Positions 37,473 through 48,708 of a DNA stretch of 64,000 nt are shown one piece after another. The translations under genes and the position numbers were made by a program. Every line of letters begins with the position of its first letter. Positions within the stretch are counted from its first letter, which is position 1. The stretch comes from Sphingomonas phyllosphaerae (lineage in GTDB: Bacteria; Pseudomonadota; Alphaproteobacteria; Sphingomonadales; Sphingomonadaceae). Location of the stretch: positions 3,604,609 through 3,668,608 of the forward strand of contig JAQIJC010000001.1 in assembly GCA_036946405.1 (NCBI GenBank), in the 5' to 3' direction. The notes beneath the pieces were generated by a model that saw only the letters and a list, made by a program, of their open reading frames with translations, was not told where the DNA came from and did not search any database.

Positions 37473-38196
37473 CGAAACAGCCCTCGCCGGCCAGCTTCAG
37501 CCGTGCGCAGAGATCGCTGGCGGCGGCGGCGTTGCCGGCGTTGACGCGCAGGCGATAGACGGTGCGACCCTTCACGACCGCCGGCTGGACGATCTTCTCG
37601 AGCGTCGCGACATAGCCGAAGCGGCGCGCGATCTGGCTCCATGCGGTGTTCGCGACCGCCTGGCTGGGAAAAGCGCCGAGCTGGACCATCGCCCCACCCG
37701 ACGACGCGCCCGACACCTGCGTCGCGGGTGCGCTGACCGGGCGTTGCGCGCGCAGCGGCGCGGCCGCCTGCGGCACCGACACGCTGGCGGTCGACGCGCC
37801 GCTGGCGGTCGCCCCGGGGCCGGGCACGGGCGACGTGGCGCGGGCGACCGGCGCCTCGGGCACCTGCGCGAGATCGATCGCGGCATCGGTGTGGCTGCCG
37901 GCACTGGCGGCGATCGCCGAGTCGCCCTCGCCGATCACCTTCATCCCGCCGGGCTCGTCGGGGCGAATCTTATAGTCGCCGGCCGGGGCGGCGATCAGCC
38001 GCCCGTCGCCGCCGCTGCCCGAAAACTGCCAGCGATACAGGCCGAACAGGATCGCGGCGAGCACCAGCAACCCCACCGCGACCAGCGCGACGATCCGCCC
38101 GACCGGCACCGCATAGGGATCGTCGGCCTCGACGGTGTCGAGCCACGGCAGGCGATCCGCGTCGCTCATCCGGCCGATCGGCTCCCCCTCCCGCAT
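37462..38196 (-). CDS. SPOR domain-containing membrane protein
   Basis: ORF 37462..38352 trimmed to ATG 38196, which shares one nt with the argS TGA. TM segment IVALVAVGLLVLAAILFGL. C-terminal SPOR-like MVQLGAFPSQAVANTAWSQI...VYRLRVNAGN...LCARLK. Confidence 0.8.
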   Translation of the reverse strand: MREGEPIGRMSDADRLPWLDTVEADDPYAVPVGRIVALVAVGLLVLAAILFGLYRWQFSGSGGDGRLIAAPAGDYKIRPDEPGGMKVIGEGDSAIAASAGSHTDAAIDLAQVPEAPVARATSPVPGPGATASGASTASVSVPQAAAPLRAQRPVSAPATQVSGASSGGAMVQLGAFPSQAVANTAWSQIARRFGYVATLEKIVQPAVVKGRTVYRLRVNAGNAAAASDLCARLKLAGEGCFVTG

Positions 38197-39923
38197 CAGT
38201 GCATCTCCGCCACCGCCTCTACCCCCATGATGGCGAGGCCGTTTCGGATGATCTGGCCGATCGCGGCGGCGAGCGCCAGACGTGCCGCGGTGACCGCGTG
38301 ATCGTCGGGTACCAGGAAGCGGCGGTCGGGGCGGTCGTTGCCGGCATTCCATAGCGAGTGGAATTCGGCCGCCAGATCATAGAGGTAGAAGGCGATGCGA
38401 TGCGGCTCGCGCGCTGCCGCAGCGGTTTCCACGACGCGCGGGAACTGGCTGGCGAGCCGCACCAGCGCCAATTCCTCCGTATCAAGCCGGGACAGGTCGG
38501 CATTCTCGGCCGAAATACCTGCCTCCGCGGCGCGGCGGTGCAGCGAATGGACGCGCGCGTGCGCATATTGGACGTAGAAAACCGGGTTTTCCTTCGATGC
38601 CTCGACCACCTTGGCGAAGTCGAAGTCCATCTGCGCATCCGGCCGGCGCGTCAGCATCGTGAAGCGGACGACGTCCTTGCCGACCTCGCGCACCATGTCC
38701 GCCAGCGTCACGAAATTGCCCGCCCGCTTCGACATCTTGACCGGCTCGCCGCCGCGCAGCAGCCGCACCATCTGCACCAGCCGCACGTCGAAGCGCGTCT
38801 TGCCCCCGGTCAGCGCGGCGACCGCCGCCTGGATGCGCTTGACGGTGCCGGCGTGGTCGGCGCCCCAGATATCGATCAGCTGATCGGCGCTTTCGGCCTT
38901 CTGGAAATGATACGCCATGTCGGCGCCGAAATAGGTCCAGCTGCCGTTCGACTTGCGGATCGGGCGATCCTGATCGTCGCCGAACTGCGTCGAGCGGAAC
39001 AGCGGCAGCTCGACCGGCTCCCAATCCTCGGGCGTCTCGCCTTTAGGCGCTTCGAGCACGCCGTCATAAATCAGGTCGCGCGCGCGCAGCACCGCCTCGG
39101 CAGCCTCGGGCTTCTTCGCCGCCTGCAACTCCGCCTCCGACGAGAAGACGTCGTGGTGGATGCCGAGCAGCGCGAGATCATCCTTGATGAGCACCAGCAT
39201 CGCCGCGACCGCGCGGATGCGGAACAGCGCCAGCCACTCGCTCTCGGGCGCGGCGGCATAAAGGTCGCCGAACTCCTGCGCGAGCGCCTGCCCGACCGGC
39301 ACGAGATAATCGCCCGGATACAGCCCCTCGGGGATCGCACCGACATCCTCGCCGAGCGCCTCGCGATACCGCAGGTGCGCCGAGCGTGCGAGCACGTCGA
39401 CCTGTCCGCCGGCGTCGTTGACGTAATATTCGCGGACCACCTTGTGTCCGGCGAACTCGAGCAGGCTGGCGAGCGCATCGCCGACCACCGCGCCGCGGCA
39501 ATGCCCCATGTGCATCGGCCCGGTCGGATTGGCGGAGACATATTCGATGTTCACCGACACGCCCTGCCCGCGCGTCGAGCGACCATAATCGCCACCCTCG
39601 CCGACGATCGTCGCAATCTCCTTGCGCCACACATCGTCGTGCAGCCGGAGGTTGATGAACCCCGGCCCTGCGACGGACACGTCGGCGACCTCCGGCAGCG
39701 CGCGCAATTCGCCCGCGAGCGCCTCTGCCAGCGCGCGCGGGTTGGTGCCGGCGGGCTTGGCGAGCACCATCGCGGCGTTCGTCGCCAGATCGCCGTGGGT
39801 CGCGTCACGCGGCGGCTCGACCGTGACGTTGCGGCGATCGAGGTCGGCCGGGAGTGTGCCGGCGGCGGTCAGCGCGTCGAGCGCGGTGTCGACATGGGCG
39901 GTGAAGCGGGTGAAAAGCGTCAT
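38196..39923 (-). CDS. argS: arginine--tRNA ligase
   Basis: 575 aa. ...NIEYVSANPTGPMHMGHCRG... (HIGH-type motif) and ...KMSKRAGNFV... (KMSK motif). Confidence 0.95.
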   Translation of the reverse strand: MTLFTRFTAHVDTALDALTAAGTLPADLDRRNVTVEPPRDATHGDLATNAAMVLAKPAGTNPRALAEALAGELRALPEVADVSVAGPGFINLRLHDDVWRKEIATIVGEGGDYGRSTRGQGVSVNIEYVSANPTGPMHMGHCRGAVVGDALASLLEFAGHKVVREYYVNDAGGQVDVLARSAHLRYREALGEDVGAIPEGLYPGDYLVPVGQALAQEFGDLYAAAPESEWLALFRIRAVAAMLVLIKDDLALLGIHHDVFSSEAELQAAKKPEAAEAVLRARDLIYDGVLEAPKGETPEDWEPVELPLFRSTQFGDDQDRPIRKSNGSWTYFGADMAYHFQKAESADQLIDIWGADHAGTVKRIQAAVAALTGGKTRFDVRLVQMVRLLRGGEPVKMSKRAGNFVTLADMVREVGKDVVRFTMLTRRPDAQMDFDFAKVVEASKENPVFYVQYAHARVHSLHRRAAEAGISAENADLSRLDTEELALVRLASQFPRVVETAAAAREPHRIAFYLYDLAAEFHSLWNAGNDRPDRRFLVPDDHAVTAARLALAAAIGQIIRNGLAIMGVEAVAEMH

Positions 39924-40078
39924 GCCGCGCCGCTTAGCTCAAGGGCGAGGCGGACGCAAAATGCCGCTGCACCGGCTTGGTTGCAGCAATCGCAACGACG
40001 AATGCGCGACCGGCAATTGCGCTGTTGCAGTGCAGCAGGGATGCTGCAGCGCATCATCTCCAGACAAGGAAACGTCGC

Positions 40079-40366
40079 ATGCGCTCCTCGCTCTCCCTCG
40101 CCCTGATCGCCGCTGCGCTGCTCCCCGCCGTTGCGGCCGCCGCACCGGTCGAGCGCAGCTTCACGCGCGATGGGCACACCTATGTCTATTCGCTGACCGC
40201 GAACCAGGACGGCACCACGCTGATCCAGGGCCATGAGGTCGGCAGCAGCAACGGTCGCTTCCGCCTGACCGTCAACGGCACGCGGGTGTCGGGGCAGGCC
40301 AACGGCCGCGACGTGTCGTTCCGCGCGGCACACCCGCTCGCGCCGGTGTCGGTCGCGACGAACTGA
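40079..40366 (+). CDS. small secreted hypothetical protein (95 aa)
   Basis: ORF 39977..40366 trimmed to ATG 40079 after AAGGAA. Signal MRSSLSLALIAAALLPAVAAAAP. High GC3. Confidence 0.6.
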   Translation: MRSSLSLALIAAALLPAVAAAAPVERSFTRDGHTYVYSLTANQDGTTLIQGHEVGSSNGRFRLTVNGTRVSGQANGRDVSFRAAHPLAPVSVATN

Positions 40367-40420
40367 TCTGGCGCCTCGTCAGCCTGGGTGTGACCCGGGA
40401 GGCGGATCGCTGAAATAGCC

Positions 40421-40506
40421 CGTCATCCCGGGCTTGACCCGGGATCCCGCTTCTACCGGCGACGGTCAGAAAGGAAGCGGGGTCCCGGATCAAGTCCGGG
40501 ACGACG
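40421..40506. repeat. Hairpin repeat, family C (ORF-less copy)
   Basis: CGTCATCCCGGGCTTGACCCGGGATCCCGCTTCT-loop-GGAAGCGGGGTCCCGGATCAAGTCCGGGACGACG. Confidence 0.85.
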
Positions 40507-40515
40507 AAGAAAGTC

Positions 40516-40545
40516 CGTCACTGCGAGCCTAGCGAAGCAATGACG
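40516..40545. repeat. Hairpin repeat, family B (minimal)
   Basis: CGTCACTGCGAGCCTAGCGAAGCAATGACG. Confidence 0.8.
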
Positions 40546-40552
40546 TTTCCGA

Positions 40553-41716
40553 TCAGAAGCCTTCGGGCAGGTCGATCGCCCCGACCGTCTCGTGATAGCG
40601 CGACACCGCGTACCGATCGGTCATCCCGGCGATGAAGTCGGCTATGTGCCGGCTGATCCCCGGCTCGCTGTCCGGCAATCGCTCGCGCCATTCCTCCGGC
40701 AACAACCGCGGGTCGTCGCGATAGGCGGCGAACAGCCCCGACACGACGCGATGCGCCGCGCCCGCCGCCGCCAGCTGTCGTGGGTGGTGGTAGAGATTGG
40801 CGTACATGAAGCGCTTGAGCTCGCGCTCGGCGGTTGCCATCGACGGCGAGAAGCCGATCAGCGCGCGACCGGCGGCGCGCACGTCCTCGACGCTCGCGAC
40901 GCCAGCATCCGCGATCCGCGCGCGCGATTCGGCGATCAGGTCGTTGACCATCGCGCCGATCTGGCTGCGGACCAGCTCGCCCGCCAGCCGTTCGCGCGGC
41001 AAGTCGGGGAAGCGCGCGGTGACGCGTCGCCAGCCGTCCGCGATCAGCGGCACCGCCTCGATCTGGTCGAGCGTCAGCAGCCCGGCGCGCAAGCCATCAT
41101 CGATATCGTGATTGTCATAGGCGATGTCGTCGGCCAGCGCCGCGACCTGCGCCTCCAGCGAGGCATGGCTGGTCAGCTCCAGCGCCCCCTCGGCATCCGC
41201 TTCCGCCAGCGCCCAGGCCGGCACCGCGATCGGGCCGTTGTGCTTGGCGAGCCCCTCCAGCGTCTCCCACGTCAGGTTGAGCCCCGGCCAGCGCGGATAG
41301 GGGCGCTCGATCCGCATCAGCGTGCGCAGCGTATGGCCGTTGTGGTCGAACCCGCCCGCCGCGCCCATCGCCTGCCGCAGCGCGTCCTCGCCGGCATGGC
41401 CGAACGGCGGGTGGCCGATGTCATGCGCGAGACACAGCGCCTCGGTGAGATCCTCGTTGAGCCCCAGCACGCGCGCGATCGTCCGCCCGATCTGCGCGAC
41501 CTCGAGGCTGTGAGTCAGGCGGACACGGAAATGATCGCCGTCGGGCGCGAGGAACACCTGCGTCTTGTGGCGCAGGCGGCGGAAGCTGATCGAGTGGATG
41601 ATCCGGTCGCGGTCGCGCTGGAACGCGTCGCGTGGGCCGCGATCGGCGCTTTCCTCGCGGTGCAGCCGCCCGCGGCTGCGCGCCGGATCCGCCGCCCACG
41701 GCGCGAGCGCGGCCAT
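40553..41716 (-). CDS. dgt: deoxyguanosinetriphosphate triphosphohydrolase-like protein (HD domain)
   Basis: ...[24 protein letters not shown]...[16 protein letters not shown]...[14 protein letters not shown].... Confidence 0.9.
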   Translation of the reverse strand: MAALAPWAADPARSRGRLHREESADRGPRDAFQRDRDRIIHSISFRRLRHKTQVFLAPDGDHFRVRLTHSLEVAQIGRTIARVLGLNEDLTEALCLAHDIGHPPFGHAGEDALRQAMGAAGGFDHNGHTLRTLMRIERPYPRWPGLNLTWETLEGLAKHNGPIAVPAWALAEADAEGALELTSHASLEAQVAALADDIAYDNHDIDDGLRAGLLTLDQIEAVPLIADGWRRVTARFPDLPRERLAGELVRSQIGAMVNDLIAESRARIADAGVASVEDVRAAGRALIGFSPSMATAERELKRFMYANLYHHPRQLAAAGAAHRVVSGLFAAYRDDPRLLPEEWRERLPDSEPGISRHIADFIAGMTDRYAVSRYHETVGAIDLPEGF

Positions 41717-41717
41717 G

Positions 41718-43673
41718 TTACTTGCCGCCCAGCTTCGTCATCTTCTGCCCGGCCTCGCTGGTGAAGGTGAAAGCAGACAACCCCTGCTTCTTCAGCGTGT
41801 TGACCATCGCACGAGCCTCGGCCTCGGTCTTGTACGGCCCGGTGACCAGCCGGTTGGTGGCGCGGTTCGACACCGTATAGGCGCGCTTGCCGGCAAGCGC
41901 ATCGGCCTTGCCCTGCACGTTCTTCCACGCCTTGGGCAGATCACCTTCGTTGGCGCCGCTGGCGACCTGTACCCAGATCCGCTCGGGCTCGGCGCGTGCG
42001 GCCTTCTTTTCGGCGGCTTCCTTGGCGGCGGCCTCCTTCTTCGCCTTTTCCGCGGCGAGTTCCTTCGCGCGCGCCTTGCGATCGAGCGGCCTGGCCGCCG
42101 GCTTGGCGGCAGGCTTCTCCTCCGGCTCATCGGCGGCGGCGACCGCCTTTTGCGAGAGGCGCTTGACGGCGGCGAGCTTGGTGCGCTTCTGCTCGTCGGC
42201 GGCGGCATTGCGCTCGGCGGTCCGCGCGGCTTCGTCCAGCGTCGCGGCGGACGGCGCCGGCGGGGCGACCACCGGCACGCGCTGCGCCCCCGGCATCGGC
42301 GCGACGCCGAGCTCGGCGGCCGGCACCGAGATGCCCGCGACGATCCGGGCGAGGATCGAATCCTCGCTGATCCGCGGCGGGCTGACGCGCAGCGGCGGCG
42401 CGCGGCGTGTGATCTCGCGACGCGGCGGCGTGGTCGTCGCGGCGGCGAGTTGCGGCGCCGGCGGAGGGGTAGCGGTTCGCGCAGGAACCGGCTGTGCCGA
42501 CGCGACGGCGGTCGGCGCAGACGCGCGCGCCGGTGCGGGTGTGGGTGTCGCGGCGGCGACCTGAGGCGTCGGCCGAGCGGTTTCGATCACGGGTTGCGGA
42601 GCCGGACGCGACGCTTCCACCGCCGCCTGCTGCACGGGCGGCACGGGGACGGGTGCGGGTGTGGATGCGGGTGTGGCGGGGGTCGGCACCGGCGCACGCG
42701 TGTTCGCCGCCGCCAGTTGCGCCTCGGCGCGGTCGCGGCGGCGTTGCTCGCTGCGCGACAGCTTCTTCTGCGACGTCGGCAGCGGCTGAACCGTGGGTGC
42801 GATCGCGGCGACCTGCGTGCGCGCCGGCGTCACCGCCAGCGGCGTCAGCGGCGGCACCATCCGCGCATCGGCGAGCCGCGCCGGGGTCGGCGCGACTTCG
42901 CCGAAATGGACCGCGAACGCGCGATCGACCGGCGACAGCGACGGCAGTCGCTGGAAGAATGCCGCCAGCCCGCCCGCCATGCCGCGCGGCATCATGCTGG
43001 TCGCGATCTTGTTCGCGCCCGGCACGTCACCGTTCATCGCGAGGATGAAAGCGCGCGCACGCCATGCGCCGCGATCCTGCCGGCGCAGCAACGTCTCGAT
43101 TTCCGCCAGCGCCTCGTCGCGGCGCCCCGAGATGCCGAGCGACAGCGCGTAGCGGCGGCGGATCTCATCCTCCTTCGCGGCCTCGCGTCCGCCCTGCGCC
43201 AGCGCGAGGCGATAGTCCTGCTGCGCGCGTTCCTGCTCGCCGATCAGATCATAGGCGAGGCCGCGATCGTCGGCATATTGCGGCATCGGCGCGCCTTGCC
43301 GCTGCGCCTGTTCGAAATAGCGCAGCGCCTCGCCCGGCCGCTCACCGTTGACGAGGATGCGCGCGATGCCCGCCTTGACGCGGCCGTTGTTGGGATCGAC
43401 CGCCTCGGCGCGCTTGTAGAGTGCGGCGGCGGCGGTCGCATCGCCGAGCGCGAACGACAGGTCGCCCGCCTCGATCAGCGCCGACAGGTCGCGCGGCGCA
43501 CTGCCGAGCCGACGCACGACATCGGCGAGCCGGTCGGCGTCGGGGTTGGGAGTCGCGACGACCTCCTGCGCGGTTGCGTGCCCCGCGCCGACGATCGTAC
43601 CCGCGGCAAGCGCCACCGCGAGGCACCCGGCGAGCGGAAAACGTCCCGATCGCGATCGAGCGATATGGGTCAT
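41718..43673 (-). CDS. TPR-repeat / SPOR domain-containing protein
   Basis: ORF 41718..43850 trimmed to ATG 43673 ([25 protein letters not shown] signal). N-terminal TPR-like repeats, a long Pro/Ala-rich linker, and a C-terminal SPOR-like [13 protein letters not shown]...[21 protein letters not shown]. Confidence 0.8.
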   Translation of the reverse strand: MTHIARSRSGRFPLAGCLAVALAAGTIVGAGHATAQEVVATPNPDADRLADVVRRLGSAPRDLSALIEAGDLSFALGDATAAAALYKRAEAVDPNNGRVKAGIARILVNGERPGEALRYFEQAQRQGAPMPQYADDRGLAYDLIGEQERAQQDYRLALAQGGREAAKEDEIRRRYALSLGISGRRDEALAEIETLLRRQDRGAWRARAFILAMNGDVPGANKIATSMMPRGMAGGLAAFFQRLPSLSPVDRAFAVHFGEVAPTPARLADARMVPPLTPLAVTPARTQVAAIAPTVQPLPTSQKKLSRSEQRRRDRAEAQLAAANTRAPVPTPATPASTPAPVPVPPVQQAAVEASRPAPQPVIETARPTPQVAAATPTPAPARASAPTAVASAQPVPARTATPPPAPQLAAATTTPPRREITRRAPPLRVSPPRISEDSILARIVAGISVPAAELGVAPMPGAQRVPVVAPPAPSAATLDEAARTAERNAAADEQKRTKLAAVKRLSQKAVAAADEPEEKPAAKPAARPLDRKARAKELAAEKAKKEAAAKEAAEKKAARAEPERIWVQVASGANEGDLPKAWKNVQGKADALAGKRAYTVSNRATNRLVTGPYKTEAEARAMVNTLKKQGLSAFTFTSEAGQKMTKLGGK

Positions 43674-43922
43674 GCGCAAAGCTCCCCGCGCCCACCCGCG
43701 ACGGAGCAGGACGGATCGGAAAAAGAAGGTGTCGAAATCGCGGCGCCACCGTCGCCCGCATCGATCACCACGGACCCGGTGGCGACGAGGGCAGGCGGAC
43801 GGAAGGTCATCGCGCCATAGAGCGTGTCGCCACCGGGCCGGCAATGACATGGCCGACCCGGCTGCGACGAAGCGAGCCTGTACGGCGGTGCGCGGTCGGT
43901 CCGCGCGCCGCCGCCGCAGCCG

Positions 43923-45413
43923 TTACTGGTTGTTCTGGCGGTGCAGGAAGCGCGGCAGATCGCCCGGCTCGCGCCCGTCGTCCTCGACCGCGCGGCCACC
44001 GGCATTGCGGGTCGCGTTCTGCATCCGCTCGAACAGCGTGCCGCCCAGCTTGACGCGCGGCTGTGCGGGGGCGGGCGTCTCTTCCTCGGCACCCGGCGCG
44101 AGGAAGCGGCGCCGCTGCGCGTCACCCGCCGGCGGCGTGGCGGGCATCAGCGACTCCGCCCCCAGTACCAGTTCGTCCTCGGCCGGGCGCGCCGGCGAGG
44201 GATCGACGTTCGCGCCACCGTTGGCCGGCGGCACGCCCTCGGCCATCGCGCCGGCGGCGGCGCCGCTCGGTTGCTGCGGCGGGACGGCCGGGGTCGGCTC
44301 GTAAGCGACCGGCTGCGGCGCGGGGGTCGCGGCCGGCGCGGCGGCGGCTGGCGCCGGGGCGGCATCGGTGCGACGCGGCGCGGAGAAGCTGAACGTGCGC
44401 GGCGGCTCGGACGGCGCGCTGGCGGCGGCGGGGGCCGTCGCCTGACCGACACTCTCTATACCGGTCGCGACCACCGAGACGCGGATCTTGCCTTCCAGCT
44501 CCGGGTTGAACGCCGAACCCCAGATGATGTTCGCGTCCGGATCGACCAGCTCGCGGATGTGGTTGGCGGCCTCGTCGACCTCGAGCAGGCGCATGTCGTC
44601 GCCGCCGGTGATCGAGACGATCACGCCCTTGGCGCCCTGCATCGACACGCCGTCGAGCAGCGGGTTGGCGATCGCCTTCTGCGCGGCGATCAGCGCACGG
44701 TCGTCACCTTCCGCCTCGCCGGTCCCCATCATTGCCTTGCCCATCTCTTGCATCACCGAGCGGACGTCGGCGAAGTCGAGGTTGATGAGGCCGGGCATGA
44801 CCATTAGGTCGGTGATGCCGCGCACGCCCTGCTGCAGCACCTCATCGGCCATTTCGAAGGCCTGCTTGAACGTGGTGTTGGCGTTGGCGACCAGGAACAG
44901 GTTCTGGTTCGGGATCACGATCAGCGTGTCGACGAACTTCTGCAATTCCTCGATGCCCGCATCGGCCGACTTCGCGCGGCGATTGCCCTCAAAGCTGAAC
45001 GGCTTGGTCACGACGCCGACCGTCAGGATGCCCATGTCGCGCGCCGTCTTGGCGATCACCGGGGCCGCGCCGGTGCCGGTGCCGCCGCCCATGCCCGCGG
45101 CGATGAAGCACATGTGGCTGCCCTCGAGCAGCCGGCCCAGCTCCTCGATCGTCTCCTCGGCCGCGGCGCGCCCGATCTCGGGACGGCTGCCCGCGCCCAG
45201 CCCCTGCGTGATCTTCGCGCCGAGCTGGATCTTCTGCTCCGCCTCGGACTGCTTGAGCGCCTGCGCGTCGGTGTTCGCGACGAGGAAGTTCACGCCCTGC
45301 ACGTCCGCGCGCATCATATTGGCGATCGCGTTGCCGCCGGCGCCACCGACGCCGATCACGGTGATCCGCGGGGTCAGATCGTCGAGATCGGGCGTGATGA
45401 ATTCGATGCTCAT
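43923..45413 (-). CDS. ftsZ: cell division protein FtsZ
   Basis: [14 protein letters not shown]...[13 protein letters not shown] (tubulin signature). Long Pro/Ala linker. C-terminal DLPRFLHRQ peptide. Confidence 0.97.
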   Translation of the reverse strand: MSIEFITPDLDDLTPRITVIGVGGAGGNAIANMMRADVQGVNFLVANTDAQALKQSEAEQKIQLGAKITQGLGAGSRPEIGRAAAEETIEELGRLLEGSHMCFIAAGMGGGTGTGAAPVIAKTARDMGILTVGVVTKPFSFEGNRRAKSADAGIEELQKFVDTLIVIPNQNLFLVANANTTFKQAFEMADEVLQQGVRGITDLMVMPGLINLDFADVRSVMQEMGKAMMGTGEAEGDDRALIAAQKAIANPLLDGVSMQGAKGVIVSITGGDDMRLLEVDEAANHIRELVDPDANIIWGSAFNPELEGKIRVSVVATGIESVGQATAPAAASAPSEPPRTFSFSAPRRTDAAPAPAAAAPAATPAPQPVAYEPTPAVPPQQPSGAAAGAMAEGVPPANGGANVDPSPARPAEDELVLGAESLMPATPPAGDAQRRRFLAPGAEEETPAPAQPRVKLGGTLFERMQNATRNAGGRAVEDDGREPGDLPRFLHRQNNQ

Positions 45414-45529
45414 CGCAACATTACTCCGTCCGCCCGCGTCGCTGATTTCATAACGGGCCGTTTACACCGATGTGCAACATGCGGGCGCGCGGTGAAAGAG
45501 GAAACACCGCGAAACGCCCTGTTGTCGCG

Positions 45530-46789
45530 TCAATAATTCGCCTTCGCGGCCTGCACGAGCTTCCAGAAGCCGCGCAACCCCCTCTGACGGTGGACCATTT
45601 GCTGCGTCGGCGCGAGGCCGCGCAGGTCGATGGGATCGCTGGCGGCGAAGAACGCCAGCCCGGCCAGCGTCGCGAAACCGGGACCGGAATGCGCCTCCGG
45701 CAGCCCGGTCAGCCCGCGCGGGCGGCCGATCCGCACCGACCGCCCCAGCGCCTGCTGCGCATAGTCGGCGATCCCCTTCAACTCGGCGCCGCCACCGGTC
45801 AGCACCACCTGCCGCCCAACCGGTCCCTCGAACTTTAATTCCTTGAGCGCCGACTGGATTTCGCCGACCAGATGCTCCAGCCGCAGCCGGATCACCGCGA
45901 TCAGCGCTGCCTTGGTGATCTGGAGCGCTTCGGAATCCTCTTCCTGCGTGCGCTCGCGAATCGTCACCATCTCGTGATTGTCGCGCGGCGAGGCGTTGGC
46001 CGAGCCGTGGAAGCATTTGATCCGCTCGGCCTGCAAGCGCGTGGTGCCGAAGGCGGAAGCGATATCGTCGGTGATGTCGGCCGCGCCGAACGGGATCGAC
46101 TTGAGCCCGACCAGCATCGATCCCGCGAACAGCGAAACGTTGGTGATCCCCGCGCCGATCTCGACGAGCGCGACGCCCAGATCGCGTTCCTCGCTGGTGA
46201 GGCAGGCGAGCCCGGTCGCGACCGGCGCGGCGATGATCGACTTGACCTCCAGATGCGCCGAGCGGACGCACAGGTCGAGGTTGCGCACCGGCGAGCCGTC
46301 GGCGGCGATGACGTGGATGTGGACGCCGAGCCGGTCGGCATGGAGCCCGAGCGGCTTCTTCACCCCGGTCAGCCCGTCGAGCGTGTAGAGCGCGGGCTGC
46401 GCGTGGAGCACCATCCGCCCCTGCGGATCGATCGACTGCCGCCCTTCGTGGAGCAGCGCGTCGATATCGGCCTGTTCGATGCGCATCCCGCCCAGCTCGG
46501 CCTCGATGAACGCCTCGTCGCTGACCAGCCCGCCCGCCGAGAAGCCCGCCCAGACGTTTTCGATGTTGAAGCCGGCGATCCGCTCCGCCTGTTCGACCGC
46601 CTCGCGCACCGCGACCTCGGTGGCGCTCATGTCGGCGATATAGCCGCGCTTGACGCCGCGGCTCTCGCGCTGGCCAGTGCCGAGCACGTTGAGTTCGCCG
46701 CCATCGCCCTTTTGCGCGATCATCGCCGATACCTTGGACGATCCGATGTCCAGCGCGGTAATCAGGCCGTCGGGTGCCACCTTCGCCAT
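45530..46789 (-). CDS. ftsA: cell division protein FtsA
   Basis: MAKVAPDGLITALDIGSSKVSAMI...VEIGAGITNVSLF...VLTGGGAELKGI. Actin-like ATPase. Confidence 0.95.
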   Translation of the reverse strand: MAKVAPDGLITALDIGSSKVSAMIAQKGDGGELNVLGTGQRESRGVKRGYIADMSATEVAVREAVEQAERIAGFNIENVWAGFSAGGLVSDEAFIEAELGGMRIEQADIDALLHEGRQSIDPQGRMVLHAQPALYTLDGLTGVKKPLGLHADRLGVHIHVIAADGSPVRNLDLCVRSAHLEVKSIIAAPVATGLACLTSEERDLGVALVEIGAGITNVSLFAGSMLVGLKSIPFGAADITDDIASAFGTTRLQAERIKCFHGSANASPRDNHEMVTIRERTQEEDSEALQITKAALIAVIRLRLEHLVGEIQSALKELKFEGPVGRQVVLTGGGAELKGIADYAQQALGRSVRIGRPRGLTGLPEAHSGPGFATLAGLAFFAASDPIDLRGLAPTQQMVHRQRGLRGFWKLVQAAKANY

Positions 46790-46801
46790 CGCTCTACCCC
46801 C

Positions 46802-47791
46802 TCATGCTTCGCCGGAACGCAGCGCTTCCCCGGCGCGCGCCTCGATCGTTCGGTCGTTGTCGCCGATCACGTTGTTGCCCGTCGCCGCCGCGGCATCGGC
46901 AGGCGGGTCGTTGCGGCCGTCGTCCGCGACCTGTTGCTTGTCCTGCCCCGCGCGACGCGCATACATTTTGGCCGGATCGCGCAGGTCGAAGCGCAGCCAA
47001 CCCTTGCCGAGCAACGGATCCGCGCCATCCATCTGCGCGAACTTGATGAGCGCCTGCGGCGCGCCGTCCTGCGGCAGCGCCAGCGTCTCGCCGGTCGTGA
47101 AGGTCAGATCCCAGCGACGGTTGCCGACCCAGGTCGCGGCGCGGATGCGCGGGCGCAGCGCGGGGGCGGCGGCGAGCAGCGCCTGATAGCCCGGCTCCTG
47201 CTGGTTCGCGCCGGGGCCGATCACCAGCGGCAGATCGGGCATGTGCGTCGGCGCGACCGGCGCGAGCAGCCGCCCGGTCGCGTCGATCAGCGTCAATTGC
47301 CCCTTGTCCTGCCAGATCGCCGCCGGCTCGCGCTCGGTGATGTGGATCACCAGCCGGTCGGGCAACCGCCGCGCGACATAGGCGTCGGAAATCCAGCCAT
47401 AGGCAAGCAGCCGGTCGCGGACGCGCTCCAAATCGACGCGCAGCATCGCGCGCGACGACTGATCCTCCAGCGCGACCGCATAGACCGTCTCGCGGTCCAT
47501 CCGCTTCAGCCCGGTGATGTCGACTTGCTCGACGCGCAGCCCGGCGCGTCCCGCCGCCTCAGCGACGCCAGCGCCGATCGCCTGCGGCACGCCGAGCAGG
47601 TTGGCGACGAACAAGGTCGCGACGCCGACCCCGCCCAGCACCGTCCACGTCACCGCCTTGCGCAGCGCGTCCTCGCTGATCGGCATCTTCGCGAGCAGCC
47701 GGTCGCCGAGCGACGCCTTGGGCACGCGGCGACGGTTGGGGGTCGGGCGACGCCCCGGCGGTGCCGCGCCGCGCTTGATCGTGCGGCTCAT
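46802..47791 (-). CDS. ftsQ: cell division protein FtsQ
   Basis: N-terminal basic region, TM segment VTWTVLGGVGVATLFVA, POTRA-like LRVEQVDITGLKRMDRETV. Its ATG overlaps the ddl TGA (ATGA). Confidence 0.9.
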   Translation of the reverse strand: MSRTIKRGAAPPGRRPTPNRRRVPKASLGDRLLAKMPISEDALRKAVTWTVLGGVGVATLFVANLLGVPQAIGAGVAEAAGRAGLRVEQVDITGLKRMDRETVYAVALEDQSSRAMLRVDLERVRDRLLAYGWISDAYVARRLPDRLVIHITEREPAAIWQDKGQLTLIDATGRLLAPVAPTHMPDLPLVIGPGANQQEPGYQALLAAAPALRPRIRAATWVGNRRWDLTFTTGETLALPQDGAPQALIKFAQMDGADPLLGKGWLRFDLRDPAKMYARRAGQDKQQVADDGRNDPPADAAAATGNNVIGDNDRTIEARAGEALRSGEA

Positions 47792-48708
47792 GAACGGAGC
47801 GCCTCATCGACGATCGCCTGCACCAGCTCGGGATAGCTCATGCCGGTATGGCGCGCCTGTTCGGGGACGAGGCTGAGCGGGGTCATGCCCGGCTGGGTGT
47901 TCACTTCGAGCAGGAACAGCCCGTCAACGCCGCGCTCGTCATCCCAGCGGAAGTCGGAACGGCTGGTGCCGCGACAGCCGAGCACGCGATGTGCCTGCAA
48001 CGCCAGCGCCATGCACGCCTGCGTGATCTCGTCAGGGATCTCGGCCGGAAAGATATGGTCGGTCATCCCGTCGGTATATTTGGCGTCGTAATCGTACCAT
48101 CCGGACTTCGGTCGCAATTCGGTGACGCCGAGCGCCCGATCGCCGAGCACAGCGGTGGTCAGCTCGCGCCCGCGTACATAGGGTTCGGCGAGCAGTTCCT
48201 CGAATTCCTGCCACGGCCCGGTCGCATCGCGCGCGATCGGGTTGCCGTAATTGCCCGCATCGGTGACGATCGCCACCCCGACCGACGAGCCCTCGTTGAC
48301 CGGTTTCAGCACATAGGGGCGCGGCAGCGGATCGGCGTCGTGCACGTCGGCGCTTTTCACGATCCGCCCGCCGGGCATCGGGATGCCGGCGGGGACCAGC
48401 ACCTGCTTGGTCAGCACCTTGTCGATCGCGATCACCGAGGTGGCGAGCCCGGAATGCGTATAGCGCAGGCCCATCAGGTCCATGAGCCCCTGCACGCTCC
48501 CGTCCTCGCCCGGCGTGCCGTGGAGCGCGTTGAAGACGAGGTCGGGGTTTGTTTCCGCGAGCCTGGCAGCGACGTCGCGCGCCATGTCGATGCGCGTCAC
48601 GCGGTGGCCGAGCGACTCGAGCGCGTCGGCGACACCGTTGCCGGATGAGAGCGATACCTCGCGCTCGGCCGACCAGCCGCCCATCAGGACCGCGATGTGG
48701 AGGGTCAT
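47788..48708 (-). CDS. ddl: D-alanine--D-alanine ligase
   Basis: MTLHIAVLMGGWSAEREVSLSSG...ALHGTPGEDGSVQGL...EVNTQPGMTPLSL. Confidence 0.95.
   Translation of the reverse strand: MTLHIAVLMGGWSAEREVSLSSGNGVADALESLGHRVTRIDMARDVAARLAETNPDLVFNALHGTPGEDGSVQGLMDLMGLRYTHSGLATSVIAIDKVLTKQVLVPAGIPMPGGRIVKSADVHDADPLPRPYVLKPVNEGSSVGVAIVTDAGNYGNPIARDATGPWQEFEELLAEPYVRGRELTTAVLGDRALGVTELRPKSGWYDYDAKYTDGMTDHIFPAEIPDEITQACMALALQAHRVLGCRGTSRSDFRWDDERGVDGLFLLEVNTQPGMTPLSLVPEQARHTGMSYPELVQAIVDEALRS

Noticed and set aside
39924-40078. Repeated TGCAGC motifs in the argS / small secreted protein divergent region as an operator
   Set aside because: The motifs are short, imperfect and irregularly spaced. I cannot distinguish them from chance.
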